The position numbers were made by a program, and so were the translations under genes. DNA of 64,000 bases, from NCBI GenBank assembly GCA_963822945.1, contig CAWGJO010000020.1, positions 640,001-704,000 on the forward strand. The letters are read 5' to 3'. Positions within the stretch are counted from its first letter, which is position 1. Each line of letters opens with the position of its first letter. The stretch comes from an uncultured Gemmatimonadaceae bacterium. Its GTDB lineage: Bacteria; Gemmatimonadota; Gemmatimonadetes; Gemmatimonadales; Gemmatimonadaceae. Shown piece by piece: positions 1-9,348 of the stretch. The notes beneath the pieces are model-generated. The model worked only from the letters and a program-made list of their open reading frames with translations. It ran no database searches and was not told where the DNA came from.

Positions 1-1
1 G

Positions 2-1771
2 ACGATGATGGCCAAAGCGGTGGATCGCCAGCGCGACATGAAGTACGCCGCCGAGGCCGCCCTGCAGATGGCCAAGAGCCGGATCACGCAGGACGCGGCG
101 CTCGTGCCCGATAGCGGCGTTCGCCAGATCATGACCAACCAACGGATCTATGCGGCCGACGACCGGCCGGTACCCGGGATCACCGTCAACGCGTGGGTGG
201 GACCCTCCGGTTCCACCACCGGCCAGTTCGGCCGGTTCGTGAGTATCGTCGCCCAGGCCAACGGGCTACGCGGCGCCGGATTCGTCCGCCGATTGGAGAT
301 GTCCGAGGAGAGCTTCGCCAAGTATGCGTACTGGTCGAACTCCGAATCGATGATGGGGACCACCATCTACTTCCAGAATGGCGATCAGCTCTGGGGACCG
401 GTCTGGTCCAACGACATCATCCACATCGGCAGCACCGGTGCCACGTTCCACGATCGGGTGGGCACCGCACAGACGATCAGCGGGCTCCCGTACGGCACCT
501 TCCTGCGCGGCTACGCCCAGAACCAGCCGCCGATGGCGCTCCCGTCGGACACCACACTCGCGCCGCTGGCCAATTACGCGGCATCCGCCGGCTACAGCTT
601 CACCGCTCCCACCAACGGCGATGAGACCTCGACGCTCATGCGGATCGAGTTCGTGGCCACCGACCTCAACCACGACGGCGACTCCACCGACGACGACGAG
701 GGGTTCTTCCGCGTCTACCAGGCCAACACCGGACAACAGGCCTGGCTGCGCGGCGACTGGCCCGGCGGTAGTTCGGTGAGCGCCTATAAGAACTGCGGCG
801 ACTGGCACGCAGTGCCGGGGTCGTCGGAGCTCAAGTTCTTCCCCGCCTCCGTGCACCCGACTGCCTGGTTCCAGCAGTTGATGGTCGCCGCCGGCATGTC
901 CGATCCAGCCGCGGACGCCGAGCAGTCGGCGTCCATCTCCACGATCATGCAACACCCCGGCGCCCGCTGTTATCTGGGCGGCGATCCCCACCTGGTGGCC
1001 GTTTCCCGCACGGCAGCGCTGTACCCGAATGCTGCCGACCGGCAGAAGGGTGGCGACGACACCACGTTCACTCCGGTGGGGGCGTACGGGTCGTGGCTCC
1101 AGTACTCGGCCGCTCCCAACCCGGCCGTGTCGGCCGTGCGCGCCGACGCCCGGTATCTGTTCCCCCTGTATCGCGGGTTCAACCCGAACACCAAGGGTGT
1201 GGTCTACGTCAACGGAACGGTGGGCGTGAGTGGTACGGTCCGTGGTCACGTGACCACATACGTCCGCGGCGGCGATCTGGTGTTGCTCGACGATCTGCGA
1301 TACGCCGATGATCCCGCCCAGGGAAAGTGCGCCGACGCCCTGGGGCTCATCAGCGACAACGACATCGTCGTGGCCGACAACGCCGTCAACACGCCGCAGT
1401 ACACGGGATCAACCTATCAGTCCCTGGACGACACCCAGGGGCTGGAGCTCCAGGCCGTCCTCATGGCCCTGAACACGTCGTTCCGCGTGCAGAACTACGG
1501 GTCGGGGCCGACGAGCGCCATCAACTGCCAGGGCCACTTGGTGGGGCGCGGCTGCCTGTATCTCACGGGCGGGATCATCCAGCAGTCGCGGGGCCCCGTG
1601 GGCATGGGCACGGGCCAGGGCTATTCCAAGCAGTACAGCTACGACCGGTGCGCAGCCGACGACCCGCCGCCCTACTTCCCGTCCACCGGCCGCTTCACGG
1701 ACAACCGCTACTTCGAGATCAACCCGGTGGGCTTCAACGTGACCGCGTTGTTTGCCGCCATCACGCGTTGA
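2..1771 (+). CDS. PilX/GspK-like large minor pilin (DUF4900-like C-terminus), paralog 1; 5'-partial
   Basis: Collinear with 6698-8659 (GSTTGQFGRF, ESFAKxAY, LWGPV, GGxIQxxRGPVG, YxYDRCA..PPPYFP). The MMAK start aligns inside the paralog (LIAK), so the pilin helix lies left of the window. Confidence 0.75.
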   Translation, partial: TMMAKAVDRQRDMKYAAEAALQMAKSRITQDAALVPDSGVRQIMTNQRIYAADDRPVPGITVNAWVGPSGSTTGQFGRFVSIVAQANGLRGAGFVRRLEMSEESFAKYAYWSNSESMMGTTIYFQNGDQLWGPVWSNDIIHIGSTGATFHDRVGTAQTISGLPYGTFLRGYAQNQPPMALPSDTTLAPLANYAASAGYSFTAPTNGDETSTLMRIEFVATDLNHDGDSTDDDEGFFRVYQANTGQQAWLRGDWPGGSSVSAYKNCGDWHAVPGSSELKFFPASVHPTAWFQQLMVAAGMSDPAADAEQSASISTIMQHPGARCYLGGDPHLVAVSRTAALYPNAADRQKGGDDTTFTPVGAYGSWLQYSAAPNPAVSAVRADARYLFPLYRGFNPNTKGVVYVNGTVGVSGTVRGHVTTYVRGGDLVLLDDLRYADDPAQGKCADALGLISDNDIVVADNAVNTPQYTGSTYQSLDDTQGLELQAVLMALNTSFRVQNYGSGPTSAINCQGHLVGRGCLYLTGGIIQQSRGPVGMGTGQGYSKQYSYDRCAADDPPPYFPSTGRFTDNRYFEINPVGFNVTALFAAITR

Positions 1772-1789
1772 CGCTCAGGTAGCCGCCGT

Positions 1790-2794
1790 TCACGACGGGT
1801 CGGGATCCCGGCGCTCGATCGCGTCGATCTCGCGCTGTGCCCCCAGTTCGCGAAACAGCCCCAGCGCCCGCTCGCGCCAGCGTTGCGCCTCGCCGTCGCC
1901 CGCGAACCGTTTCAGCTCCCACAGCTCACGACTGGCCTCCGCCTCCAGCAGCTTCACGCGGAACCGCTGCGCGACACGGGCCGCCTCCACGAGCGCCGAC
2001 TCGGCCTCGACCACATGCCCCGCCACACGGTGCGCATAGCCCAGCCACCGGTACGCCTCGCCGCGCTCTACCTCATCGCCGATGTCGATCGAGATCGACA
2101 TCGAGACCTCGCAGTTGTGCACCGCCTTGTCGAAGGCTTGCTGGGCCACGAACACTTCCGCCTGGTTGAGCAGCACCTTGGCGACCATCGGACGGTTGCC
2201 CAGGAACTCGCACAGCCCCAGGCACTGTGCGTAGGCATCGCCCGCCGCCTCCCATTCCTCACGGTCGGCGTACACCATACCCAGGTTGTGGAGCGCCAAT
2301 GCCTCGCGGCTGCGGTCCCCATTGTCGCGAAACAACGCGCGCGCCCGCAGGTAGTGCCAGAGCGCGTTCTCGAGGTTGCCCTCGATGTTGGCAATCACCC
2401 CGAGGTTCAGCATCAACTGGCCGATGAGCACGGGGTCGCTGGTGCGCTCCATGGCCATCTGGTAGGATGCCCGCGCCTGGGCGTACTCGCCGCGGGAATA
2501 GTGCACGGCCCCGATACCGTTCTCCGCCCGGGCTTCGAGATCTGGAACGCGGCCCTCGCGCGCCGTCGTGCGCGCCCGGTCGTACCACTCCAGCGCCACG
2601 TCGTACCGGCCCTGCCGCCACGCCACGCGCCCGAGCCGGAACAGCCCCTCAGCTGCGGCCGTACGATCGTCCGCCTCCGCCACGCGGGCGTAGGCGGCAG
2701 TGGCTTGCACATAGTCGCCCCGCTGCTCGGCGGCTTCGCCGTCGGACAGCGTGGATTCTGGATTCGGGGTTCGATCGAATGCCATCATCGGCAT
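1790..2794 (-). CDS. Stand-alone tetratricopeptide repeat protein
   Basis: Repeated TPR patterns (LFRLGRVAWRQGRYDVAL, ENGIGAVHYSRGEYAQA, LNLGVIANIEGNLENA, LHNLGMVY); GAGGA RBS; no enzymatic or HTH domain seen. Confidence 0.85.
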   Translation of the reverse strand: MPMMAFDRTPNPESTLSDGEAAEQRGDYVQATAAYARVAEADDRTAAAEGLFRLGRVAWRQGRYDVALEWYDRARTTAREGRVPDLEARAENGIGAVHYSRGEYAQARASYQMAMERTSDPVLIGQLMLNLGVIANIEGNLENALWHYLRARALFRDNGDRSREALALHNLGMVYADREEWEAAGDAYAQCLGLCEFLGNRPMVAKVLLNQAEVFVAQQAFDKAVHNCEVSMSISIDIGDEVERGEAYRWLGYAHRVAGHVVEAESALVEAARVAQRFRVKLLEAEASRELWELKRFAGDGEAQRWRERALGLFRELGAQREIDAIERRDPDPS

Positions 2795-2824
2795 GTCAGT
2801 CCTCGGAGGTGGACCGCGCGCGGA

Positions 2825-3406
2825 TCACAGCGCGATCGCATATGACGAGAAGTGGTGGATCTTGGTCGTGACGGTATGGCTGCCCCCATTGAACGTGCCC
2901 TCGAGCATTTCGAGCACGTTGCCGTCGTTGTCGAGATAGTCCACATGTCTCGGTGTCTGCGCCCCCACATTACATCCGTCCGTACTCAGGACCAGGATGA
3001 CGTCCTTGTCGAAGTGCAGGCCGTGCGGCTCGAAATGGATGTCGGCCAGGGTGTCCGCCGGAATCGTGGCCGTGATCAGTGTGGAGTCCGAGAGCGCGCC
3101 CCCGGGGATGATCAGCCGGTCGTTTCCCACCTGGATGACTGCCCCCGAGGCCCCGACCCAGGCGCTGGTCGAGGCCGCAGCATGCAGGCCGCACGCCAGC
3201 AGTTGGGAGCGGCCGTCGTCGTCATTCTCGGACTGGCTGCGCTGGTCGTCGTTCTCGGACTGGCTGCGCTGATCGAGGCTGGGAGTGACACGGCTCGCGC
3301 CTGCCCCGGCGATCGTGGCCGGTGATGTCATGTCGCGACACCCGAACACGGCGGCGGCTGTCGCGCCGGCGAGGAGCAGGGTGAGCATGGCCTTGGTACG
3401 TCTCAT
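2825..3406 (-). CDS. Putative lipoprotein with ZU5-like domain ending in HFS motif
   Basis: Signal peptide with lipobox VFGC; ZU5-like GxxGxxI...LxIPxGAL...FEPHGLHFxKxVxL; C-terminal HHFSSYAIAL; GGAG RBS before ATG 3406. Confidence 0.65.
   Translation of the reverse strand: MRRTKAMLTLLLAGATAAAVFGCRDMTSPATIAGAGASRVTPSLDQRSQSENDDQRSQSENDDDGRSQLLACGLHAAASTSAWVGASGAVIQVGNDRLIIPGGALSDSTLITATIPADTLADIHFEPHGLHFDKDVILVLSTDGCNVGAQTPRHVDYLDNDGNVLEMLEGTFNGGSHTVTTKIHHFSSYAIAL
3218..3271. repeat. 27-bp tandem duplication (2 copies, 1 mismatch) encoding QRSQSENDD twice
   Basis: gtcgtcattctcggactggctgcgctg / gtcgtcgttctcggactggctgcgctg. Confidence 0.95.
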
Positions 3407-3453
3407 GGAGCGAATCTCCGGCTTGGAAGAAGAAGTCACGTGATGATCGAGGT

Positions 3454-4275
3454 TCAGAGAGCGAGGGTCGGTTCGCGCAGCCCAGCGCGCGAGCCTGAGC
3501 TAGAGGCGTTGGCCTGGCGAACCTGACGGAGCAACGCCCGCACCACGAATGCGGCGCCGCCGCGACGGCGGATGTCGCTGGGCGTGGAGTGGAGGTAGCG
3601 CTGGCACACGTTCCGAAAGGCGCTCCCCGAGGGAAATCCGAGGCTCGAGGCCACGCGGTCCCCCGTGCGGTGCGGGTCTTCCAACATCCGGGCTGCCACG
3701 ATCAACCGCCCCCAGGTGAGGAGGCGGCGGGGCGGCGGATAGCCGGCCACGGCGAGCCGCTGGCTGACCGTGCGCCTGGGCAGCGCCAGCAGCCGCGCCA
3801 GTCCCGAGGGTGACAATCGCTCGTGGGCGCGCGTGATCACCAACAGCACCGCGTCCCGCACGCTCGGATCCACCTCGCCGAGCGCCAGCCGGACTTCGCT
3901 GCCCAGGCTGCGCGACTCGGCGTGCTCGATCCGGGCCAGCAGCTGACGGGGACTGTCATCCTGGTCGGCGATGATCAACGCATCCATGCCGATGCGCCCG
4001 GCGTCGAACACGTCCCGGACGCGCTCCATAGTGATCGTGGAATAGCTGAGCAGCGACAATCCCGGCCAGCGCTGCTTCAGCTGGCGCACGCGCTCGAAGT
4101 TGGCCTGCCCCGTGGCGTACAGGTCCACCACGGCAATGCGCACGGGATGTGCCTCGCACGCCTCCGCCAGCGCTTCCCATGTCGTGCACGGCACCAACTC
4201 GTGCCGGTCGCGAATCGCGGCCCGCAGGCGTTGCAGGTGTCCGGGCTGCGGCAACAGCGTGGCTATTACGCCCAT
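3454..4275 (-). CDS. AraC-family transcriptional regulator with degenerate receiver-like N-terminus
   Basis: C-terminal AraC double HTH (LARLLALPRRTVSQRL...VASSLGFPSGSAFRNVCQRYLHSTPSDIR); N-terminal REC-like segment (IAVVDLY). Confidence 0.8.
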   Translation of the reverse strand: MGVIATLLPQPGHLQRLRAAIRDRHELVPCTTWEALAEACEAHPVRIAVVDLYATGQANFERVRQLKQRWPGLSLLSYSTITMERVRDVFDAGRIGMDALIIADQDDSPRQLLARIEHAESRSLGSEVRLALGEVDPSVRDAVLLVITRAHERLSPSGLARLLALPRRTVSQRLAVAGYPPPRRLLTWGRLIVAARMLEDPHRTGDRVASSLGFPSGSAFRNVCQRYLHSTPSDIRRRGGAAFVVRALLRQVRQANASSSGSRAGLREPTLAL

Positions 4276-4522
4276 CCGTCGACCGGGAAGGAGGGAAGTT
4301 GGACCCGCGGGACTCTGTGTGGGGAATCGGGAAGTCCCCTACGGTAGACGAGCGAAGGCATTTCAGGCAAGGCTGATTGCCATACAATGTGACGAACCAT
4401 GCCCGGACAGTGATACCCGCCGTCACGGGGCCGGTTACTGTCGAGGTCAGATCATCGTTGCCACAGAGAAGGACGACCCACTCCGCGGTCGTCACCAATC
4501 TGATTTCTTCCCGGTCCCACAT

Positions 4523-5110
4523 ATGGCCATGCGCAATCACGAATCGCCGACGCCGGCTTCGGGATTCACGCTCTTCGAAATCGTGATCGTCCTGATCATG
4601 ATGGGCGTGATCGCCGCGCTGGCAATCCCGCGGCTGGACATCCAACGGTACCGTACCGACGCGGCCGTGCAGGGGGTGCGCAGCGTCCTCATGCAGGCGC
4701 AGCGCACCGCCCTCGTCCGCCAGTACAACGTCGTGATCAGTATCGACACGGTACACAACACGCTCGAGTGGTCGGAAGACGCCAACAACGACGGCACGAT
4801 TCAGAGCACCGAGCACAGGCGAGCCTATCCGCTCAATGACGGCGTCAAGTTCGCCGTGCCTCCCACCGGGATCAACGGCTCCGTGTCGTCATCCATCGTC
4901 GGGTCGCATCTGGGCGTCCTGAACGGGCTGCCGACGGTCACCTTTCACCGTGACGGCGCCGCCACCACCGACCTGCAACTCTACGTCGCCGGCCCCGCGC
5001 AGCCCGACGTGACCTACCGGGCGGTCGAGCTCACGCTCGGCACCGGACGCACGGACTGGTACCTCTACAACAGCCAGGCCCACAAATGGGTTCTCGGGGG
5101 GGCGAAGTGA
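4523..5110 (+). CDS. FimT/GspH-like prepilin
   Basis: Class III signal G|FTLFEIVIVL with E5; GspH-like AQRTALVRQYNVVI and TFHRDG. Confidence 0.85.
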   Translation: MAMRNHESPTPASGFTLFEIVIVLIMMGVIAALAIPRLDIQRYRTDAAVQGVRSVLMQAQRTALVRQYNVVISIDTVHNTLEWSEDANNDGTIQSTEHRRAYPLNDGVKFAVPPTGINGSVSSSIVGSHLGVLNGLPTVTFHRDGAATTDLQLYVAGPAQPDVTYRAVELTLGTGRTDWYLYNSQAHKWVLGGAK

Positions 5111-5514
5111 GGCGCCGGCGCAGGCTCCGGCAGCGTGCGGGATTCTCGCTGCCCGAGGTCATCGTGGCCCTGGCCATTCTGACGGCCGCGCTACTTGGCC
5201 TGGCGCTGTTCGTGTCCCGCATGGCCCACGCGACATCGGACTCCCGCCTGCTCGGGACCGCCGATGAACTCGTCACCAACCGCATCGAAGCGATCAAGGC
5301 GATCACGAATTACGCCTCGATCGACACCTGCGCGGGAACCGAGACCTCGATTCCGGGATCCGCCAGCTACAAGGGATTCACCCGCCAGACGCTGATCTCG
5401 CATGTGGGCGGGGGCGTGGCCGATTCCGTGGACTACCGCATCGTCACCGTGATCGTGAACAACCCTGTGCTGTCGTCGCCGGTGAAGAAGACCACCGCGA
5501 TCGCCGCCTTCTAG
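5107..5514 (+). CDS. PilV-like prepilin
   Basis: G|FSLPEVIVAL; GTGA overlap with upstream stop; second position in the minor-pilin order. Confidence 0.8.
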   Translation: MRRRRRLRQRAGFSLPEVIVALAILTAALLGLALFVSRMAHATSDSRLLGTADELVTNRIEAIKAITNYASIDTCAGTETSIPGSASYKGFTRQTLISHVGGGVADSVDYRIVTVIVNNPVLSSPVKKTTAIAAF

Positions 5515-5525
5515 CCGAGCTCCCT

Positions 5526-6683
5526 ATGTCCACACTGCGCGCACGCCGCGGCTTCACGATACTCGAGTTGCTGGTGGCCACGATCCTCCTCATGGTCGTC
5601 ATGGCCACCACCATTCAGACGTTCCGCAAGAGTTCCATACTGCTGGGCGCCCAGGGTGGGCGCCTCGAGGCACAACAGAACGCCCGGTTCGCAATCACGT
5701 CCATCGATCGCGATCTCCGGGTCGCGGGGGTGGGCGTCGTCCCCGGCCAGCCGATTCTCGTCGAGGCCGACACGACGGCGCTCGTGTTCAACGTGGATCT
5801 CATCTCGCGCGTCCTCGGCGACGTGGGTTCGGTGTACGTCGACACGAGCGCGGATTCGAACGCCGTTTCGGCCATGAAATCCGTGAACAAGCTCCTGCTG
5901 CCCGGCATGAGCACCTACTACCCGAATTCGACCTACGTCCAGTCGGGCGGCACGGTGAGCGGCGCCGAGACGGTTGCCTACTACATCGCGAAGGACTCCT
6001 CGTCCAGCGACCCCAACCAGTACAACCTGTACCGGCGAGTCAACGCGACCACCCCGCAGATCATCGCCCGAGGCATTCAGTACACCCCCGGCGATACCAT
6101 CTTCCAGTACTTCAAGACCGACACCCTCGGCAATCTCACTGCAATTCCGATGTCGTCGCTGCCTCTGTACCACAAGGCGACGATCCACGGGTCGATCGCC
6201 GACACCGGCAAGTTCGCGCTCGTGGACAGCATCCGATCGGTCAAGGTCAAGCTCGTCGCCGTCTACCACGATCCGCACGAGCCGGCGAGCGCCGTGACGC
6301 GCACGATCCGCAGCACGCTCGTCGTTGCCAACACGGGCCTCGTCAACGCCACCACCTGCGGCAACCCGCCGCTGGGGGTAACGGTCACCGACAGCACGTC
6401 CCCGCTCGGGTCGACGACACCGTTCGTCACCATCATGTGGCACCCGTCCACGGACGACGGCGGAGGTGAGCGCGACGTGGAGAACTACGCCATTTACCGG
6501 CGCCCCGACACCGTCGCCACGTTCAACCAGCCGCTGGCGAACGTCCCGGCCGGCGATACGGCCTATTCGTGGACCGACAACAATGTGGCGACAGGTGACC
6601 ACTGGATCTACGGCGTGTCGGCGCAGGACTGCACGCCCTCCAGCTCACCGATCGGCGCCACCGGCATCATCATCGTGCCCTAA
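5526..6683 (+). CDS. PilW-like prepilin with C-terminal FN3-like domain
   Basis: G|FTILELLVA; AQQNARFAITSIDRDLRVAG; C-terminal W..S.DD...YAIYRR...WTD...Y.VSA.D. Confidence 0.8.
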   Translation: MSTLRARRGFTILELLVATILLMVVMATTIQTFRKSSILLGAQGGRLEAQQNARFAITSIDRDLRVAGVGVVPGQPILVEADTTALVFNVDLISRVLGDVGSVYVDTSADSNAVSAMKSVNKLLLPGMSTYYPNSTYVQSGGTVSGAETVAYYIAKDSSSSDPNQYNLYRRVNATTPQIIARGIQYTPGDTIFQYFKTDTLGNLTAIPMSSLPLYHKATIHGSIADTGKFALVDSIRSVKVKLVAVYHDPHEPASAVTRTIRSTLVVANTGLVNATTCGNPPLGVTVTDSTSPLGSTTPFVTIMWHPSTDDGGGERDVENYAIYRRPDTVATFNQPLANVPAGDTAYSWTDNNVATGDHWIYGVSAQDCTPSSSPIGATGIIIVP

Positions 6684-6697
6684 CAGGAATGGAGTCC

Positions 6698-8659
6698 ATG
6701 CCTTCACCTCGTTCCGCTTCACTCGCGCGCCGTCGGCCGGCGCCCGCCGGCTACCGCCGCGCGCGGCCACGTCCGGGCTTCGCGCTCGGCATGGCGCTGC
6801 TGTTCACGCTGGCCATCGGCGCCCTCGCGACCTCGGCCATCGTGCTGTCGTCCAACGCCACGCTCATCGCCAAGGCGACGGACCGCCAATCGGAATTGAA
6901 GTACGCGGCGGAAGCCGCGTTGCAGATCGGCAAGAGCCGCCTCAACTACGACCCTTCGGCGCTGCCCGACAGCGGCGAGGTCCAGATCATGAGCAACCAG
7001 CCGCTCTACGCCGCTGACGGGACGACGCTCCCCAACGTGTCCGTCAACGTCTGGATCGGACCTACGGGTTCGACCACCGGCCAGTTCGGCCGCTTTGCCA
7101 GCGTCGTCGCGCAAGCGGTGGACAATCGCGGTTCGGGGTTCGTCCGCCGCCTTGAGTTGGACCAGGAGAGCTTCGCCAAGTTCGCCTACTTCACCAATTC
7201 CGAAACCTGCTGCGGTGGATTGACGATCTACTTCAACAACGGCGACGAACTCTGGGGACCCGTCTACTCCAACGACATCATCCACATTCTGAACGGTGGC
7301 GCCACCTTCCACAGCAACGTGAGCACCGCCAAGACGATCAGCGGCATCGGCTACGGTACCTTCATGCAGGGGTATACGCAGCACGCCACCCCGATCACCA
7401 TGCCGTCCACGGCCAACCTGGCCAAGCTCACCGGCTACGCAGGGCTCGCCGGCTACGCCTTCACCGCGCCCACGTCTGGCAACGAGACGACCGTTCGCCA
7501 ACGCATCGAGTTCGTGGCCACCGACGTGACCGGCGGCGGGGATTCGTTGGCCATCGAGGACGGATTCTTCCGCGTCTACACCGCAAAGAGTGGGGAGACC
7601 GCCTGGCTACGGGGCGACGCGAGCGCCAAGAGCACCAACTGCGGCGACTGGCATCGTGTCACGCCCGGCGGGCCGCTGCTGTTCTTTCCGATCGCCGTCC
7701 ACAATAGTGCCAACACGTGGTTCAAGACCGACCTCATCAATGGCGGCATGAGTTCGTCCGCCGCCAATTCCGAGTACAAAGCATCGTCCACGACGGTGAT
7801 GAACCACGCCGGGGCGCGATGCTTCCTCGGCGGCGATCCGCATCTCGTCGCGGTGGCCCGCTCGACGTCGATCACCGACCCGGCCACGGGCGCCCACTAC
7901 ACCACCGCCGCCATCGAGAAGGGCGGCAGCGACACCACGTTCACGCCGGTCGACCAGTACGGGGCGTGGTCGCTCTATTCCAACACCCCCAACTCGGCGG
8001 TTGCCACCGCGCGCCCGCAGGACGCCGAGTACCTGTTCCCACTGTACCGGGGCTACAATTCCAACGTGAGGGGCGTCGTCACCTTCAACGGCACCGTCGG
8101 AGTCAGCGGCACCCTGCGTGGCCGCGAGACGCTGTACGCCAAGGGCGGCTCGATCGTGCTCCTGGACGATCAGCGCGACGCCTATGACCCCTCCCTCGGC
8201 ACGTGCGCCGACATTCTGGGACTTCTGGCCGACGACAACATCGTCGTCGCCGACAACGCCATCAACACGCCGCAGCAGTTTACCGGCGGCTGGAGCTATA
8301 AGTCGTTCGACGACTCGCAGGACATGTACATCCAGGCCGTGATCATGTCGCTCAACACGTCGTTCACCGTGCAGAACTACAATTCGGGCCCGAGCAATGC
8401 GCTGAACTGCGCCGGAAGCTGGGACGGACGCGGCTGCCTGTACGTGACCGGAGGACTGATCCAGGAGAACCGCGGCCCGGTGGGGCTCAGCAGCGGGCAG
8501 GGCTACGTCAAGCAGTACACCTACGACCGGTGCGCGGCGGTGAAGCCGCCCCCGTACTTCCCCACCACTGGTCGGTTCCAGGACAACCGATACTTCGAGC
8601 TCGATCCCGTGGGCTTCGACGTCGTCAAGCTGTTTCAGAGCCTCACGCCGGGCAGCTGA
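6698..8659 (+). CDS. PilX/GspK-like large minor pilin, paralog 2
   Basis: G|FALGMALL lacking E5 (PilX/GspK trait); AAEAAL PilX N-terminal motif; GGAG RBS. Confidence 0.8.
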   Translation: MPSPRSASLARRRPAPAGYRRARPRPGFALGMALLFTLAIGALATSAIVLSSNATLIAKATDRQSELKYAAEAALQIGKSRLNYDPSALPDSGEVQIMSNQPLYAADGTTLPNVSVNVWIGPTGSTTGQFGRFASVVAQAVDNRGSGFVRRLELDQESFAKFAYFTNSETCCGGLTIYFNNGDELWGPVYSNDIIHILNGGATFHSNVSTAKTISGIGYGTFMQGYTQHATPITMPSTANLAKLTGYAGLAGYAFTAPTSGNETTVRQRIEFVATDVTGGGDSLAIEDGFFRVYTAKSGETAWLRGDASAKSTNCGDWHRVTPGGPLLFFPIAVHNSANTWFKTDLINGGMSSSAANSEYKASSTTVMNHAGARCFLGGDPHLVAVARSTSITDPATGAHYTTAAIEKGGSDTTFTPVDQYGAWSLYSNTPNSAVATARPQDAEYLFPLYRGYNSNVRGVVTFNGTVGVSGTLRGRETLYAKGGSIVLLDDQRDAYDPSLGTCADILGLLADDNIVVADNAINTPQQFTGGWSYKSFDDSQDMYIQAVIMSLNTSFTVQNYNSGPSNALNCAGSWDGRGCLYVTGGLIQENRGPVGLSSGQGYVKQYTYDRCAAVKPPPYFPTTGRFQDNRYFELDPVGFDVVKLFQSLTPGS

Positions 8660-8682
8660 TTCTCCCGGTGGCATCCGATGTC

Positions 8683-8716
8683 CGAACGCCCGTCGCGTGC
8701 CCGCGGCGGGTGTTCG
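8683..8716 (+). terminator. Hairpin after the pilin operon
   Basis: cgaacgcccgtcgcg-tgcc-cgcggcgggtgttcg, 15-bp stem with G-U pairs; no U tract. Confidence 0.55.
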
Positions 8717-8865
8717 TGTCATGTCCGGCCGCCCGCCCATCCCCCGGCTCCGACGGGGTTTACATCTTGCAGACACCAACGAGCACACCAATCCGTAGGT
8801 CAGGGTGTCTAACTCCGTGAGTTGCAGCCCGCGGAACCTCTCCCTCGACCCCGGGGACGTGTGCC

Positions 8866-9348
8866 ATGATCGAATCCAATCGAGCGCTAACCCTCACCGC
8901 CGACGACGAACTTCTCGAAGCCTCGTCCACCCAACCGGCCAAAATGGCCGCATCCAACTCGCAACCATCGCGCGTGGACGCCGTCGCACAGGCGGTGGTC
9001 GAACTCCTGCGGGCCGAGCGGCAGCGTGCGCGCATCGTCGTGCGGTCCGAACGCCGGCTGCTCTTCCTTCGGCAGGAGGAGATCGACTGGGTCGAGGCCG
9101 CCGGCAACTACGTACGGCTCCACGTGCGGGGCAGCACGCACGTGCTCCGACAGAGCATGAAGAACATGGAGGCCAGACTCGACCCCGATGTGTTCGTCCG
9201 CATCCACCGGTCCGCCATCGTAAACGCCGATCGGATTCGTGAGCTGCAGCCCTGGCTTCACGGCGAGTACGTCGTGATCCTCGACGACGGCACCCGCCTG
9301 TCCGCCAGCCGCGTGTTCAGCGGCCGGCTCAATGCGCTGATCGGCTAG
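8866..9348 (+). CDS. LytTR DNA-binding domain protein (no receiver domain)
   Basis: IDWVEAAGNYVRLH...FVRIHRSAIVN...L.DGT.L..SR. Confidence 0.9.
   Translation: MIESNRALTLTADDELLEASSTQPAKMAASNSQPSRVDAVAQAVVELLRAERQRARIVVRSERRLLFLRQEEIDWVEAAGNYVRLHVRGSTHVLRQSMKNMEARLDPDVFVRIHRSAIVNADRIRELQPWLHGEYVVILDDGTRLSASRVFSGRLNALIG

Noticed and set aside
8760..8860. c-di-AMP riboswitch-like fragment (gtcag...ctaactccgt)
   Set aside because: Only a partial 3' resemblance; the 5' conserved elements are missing
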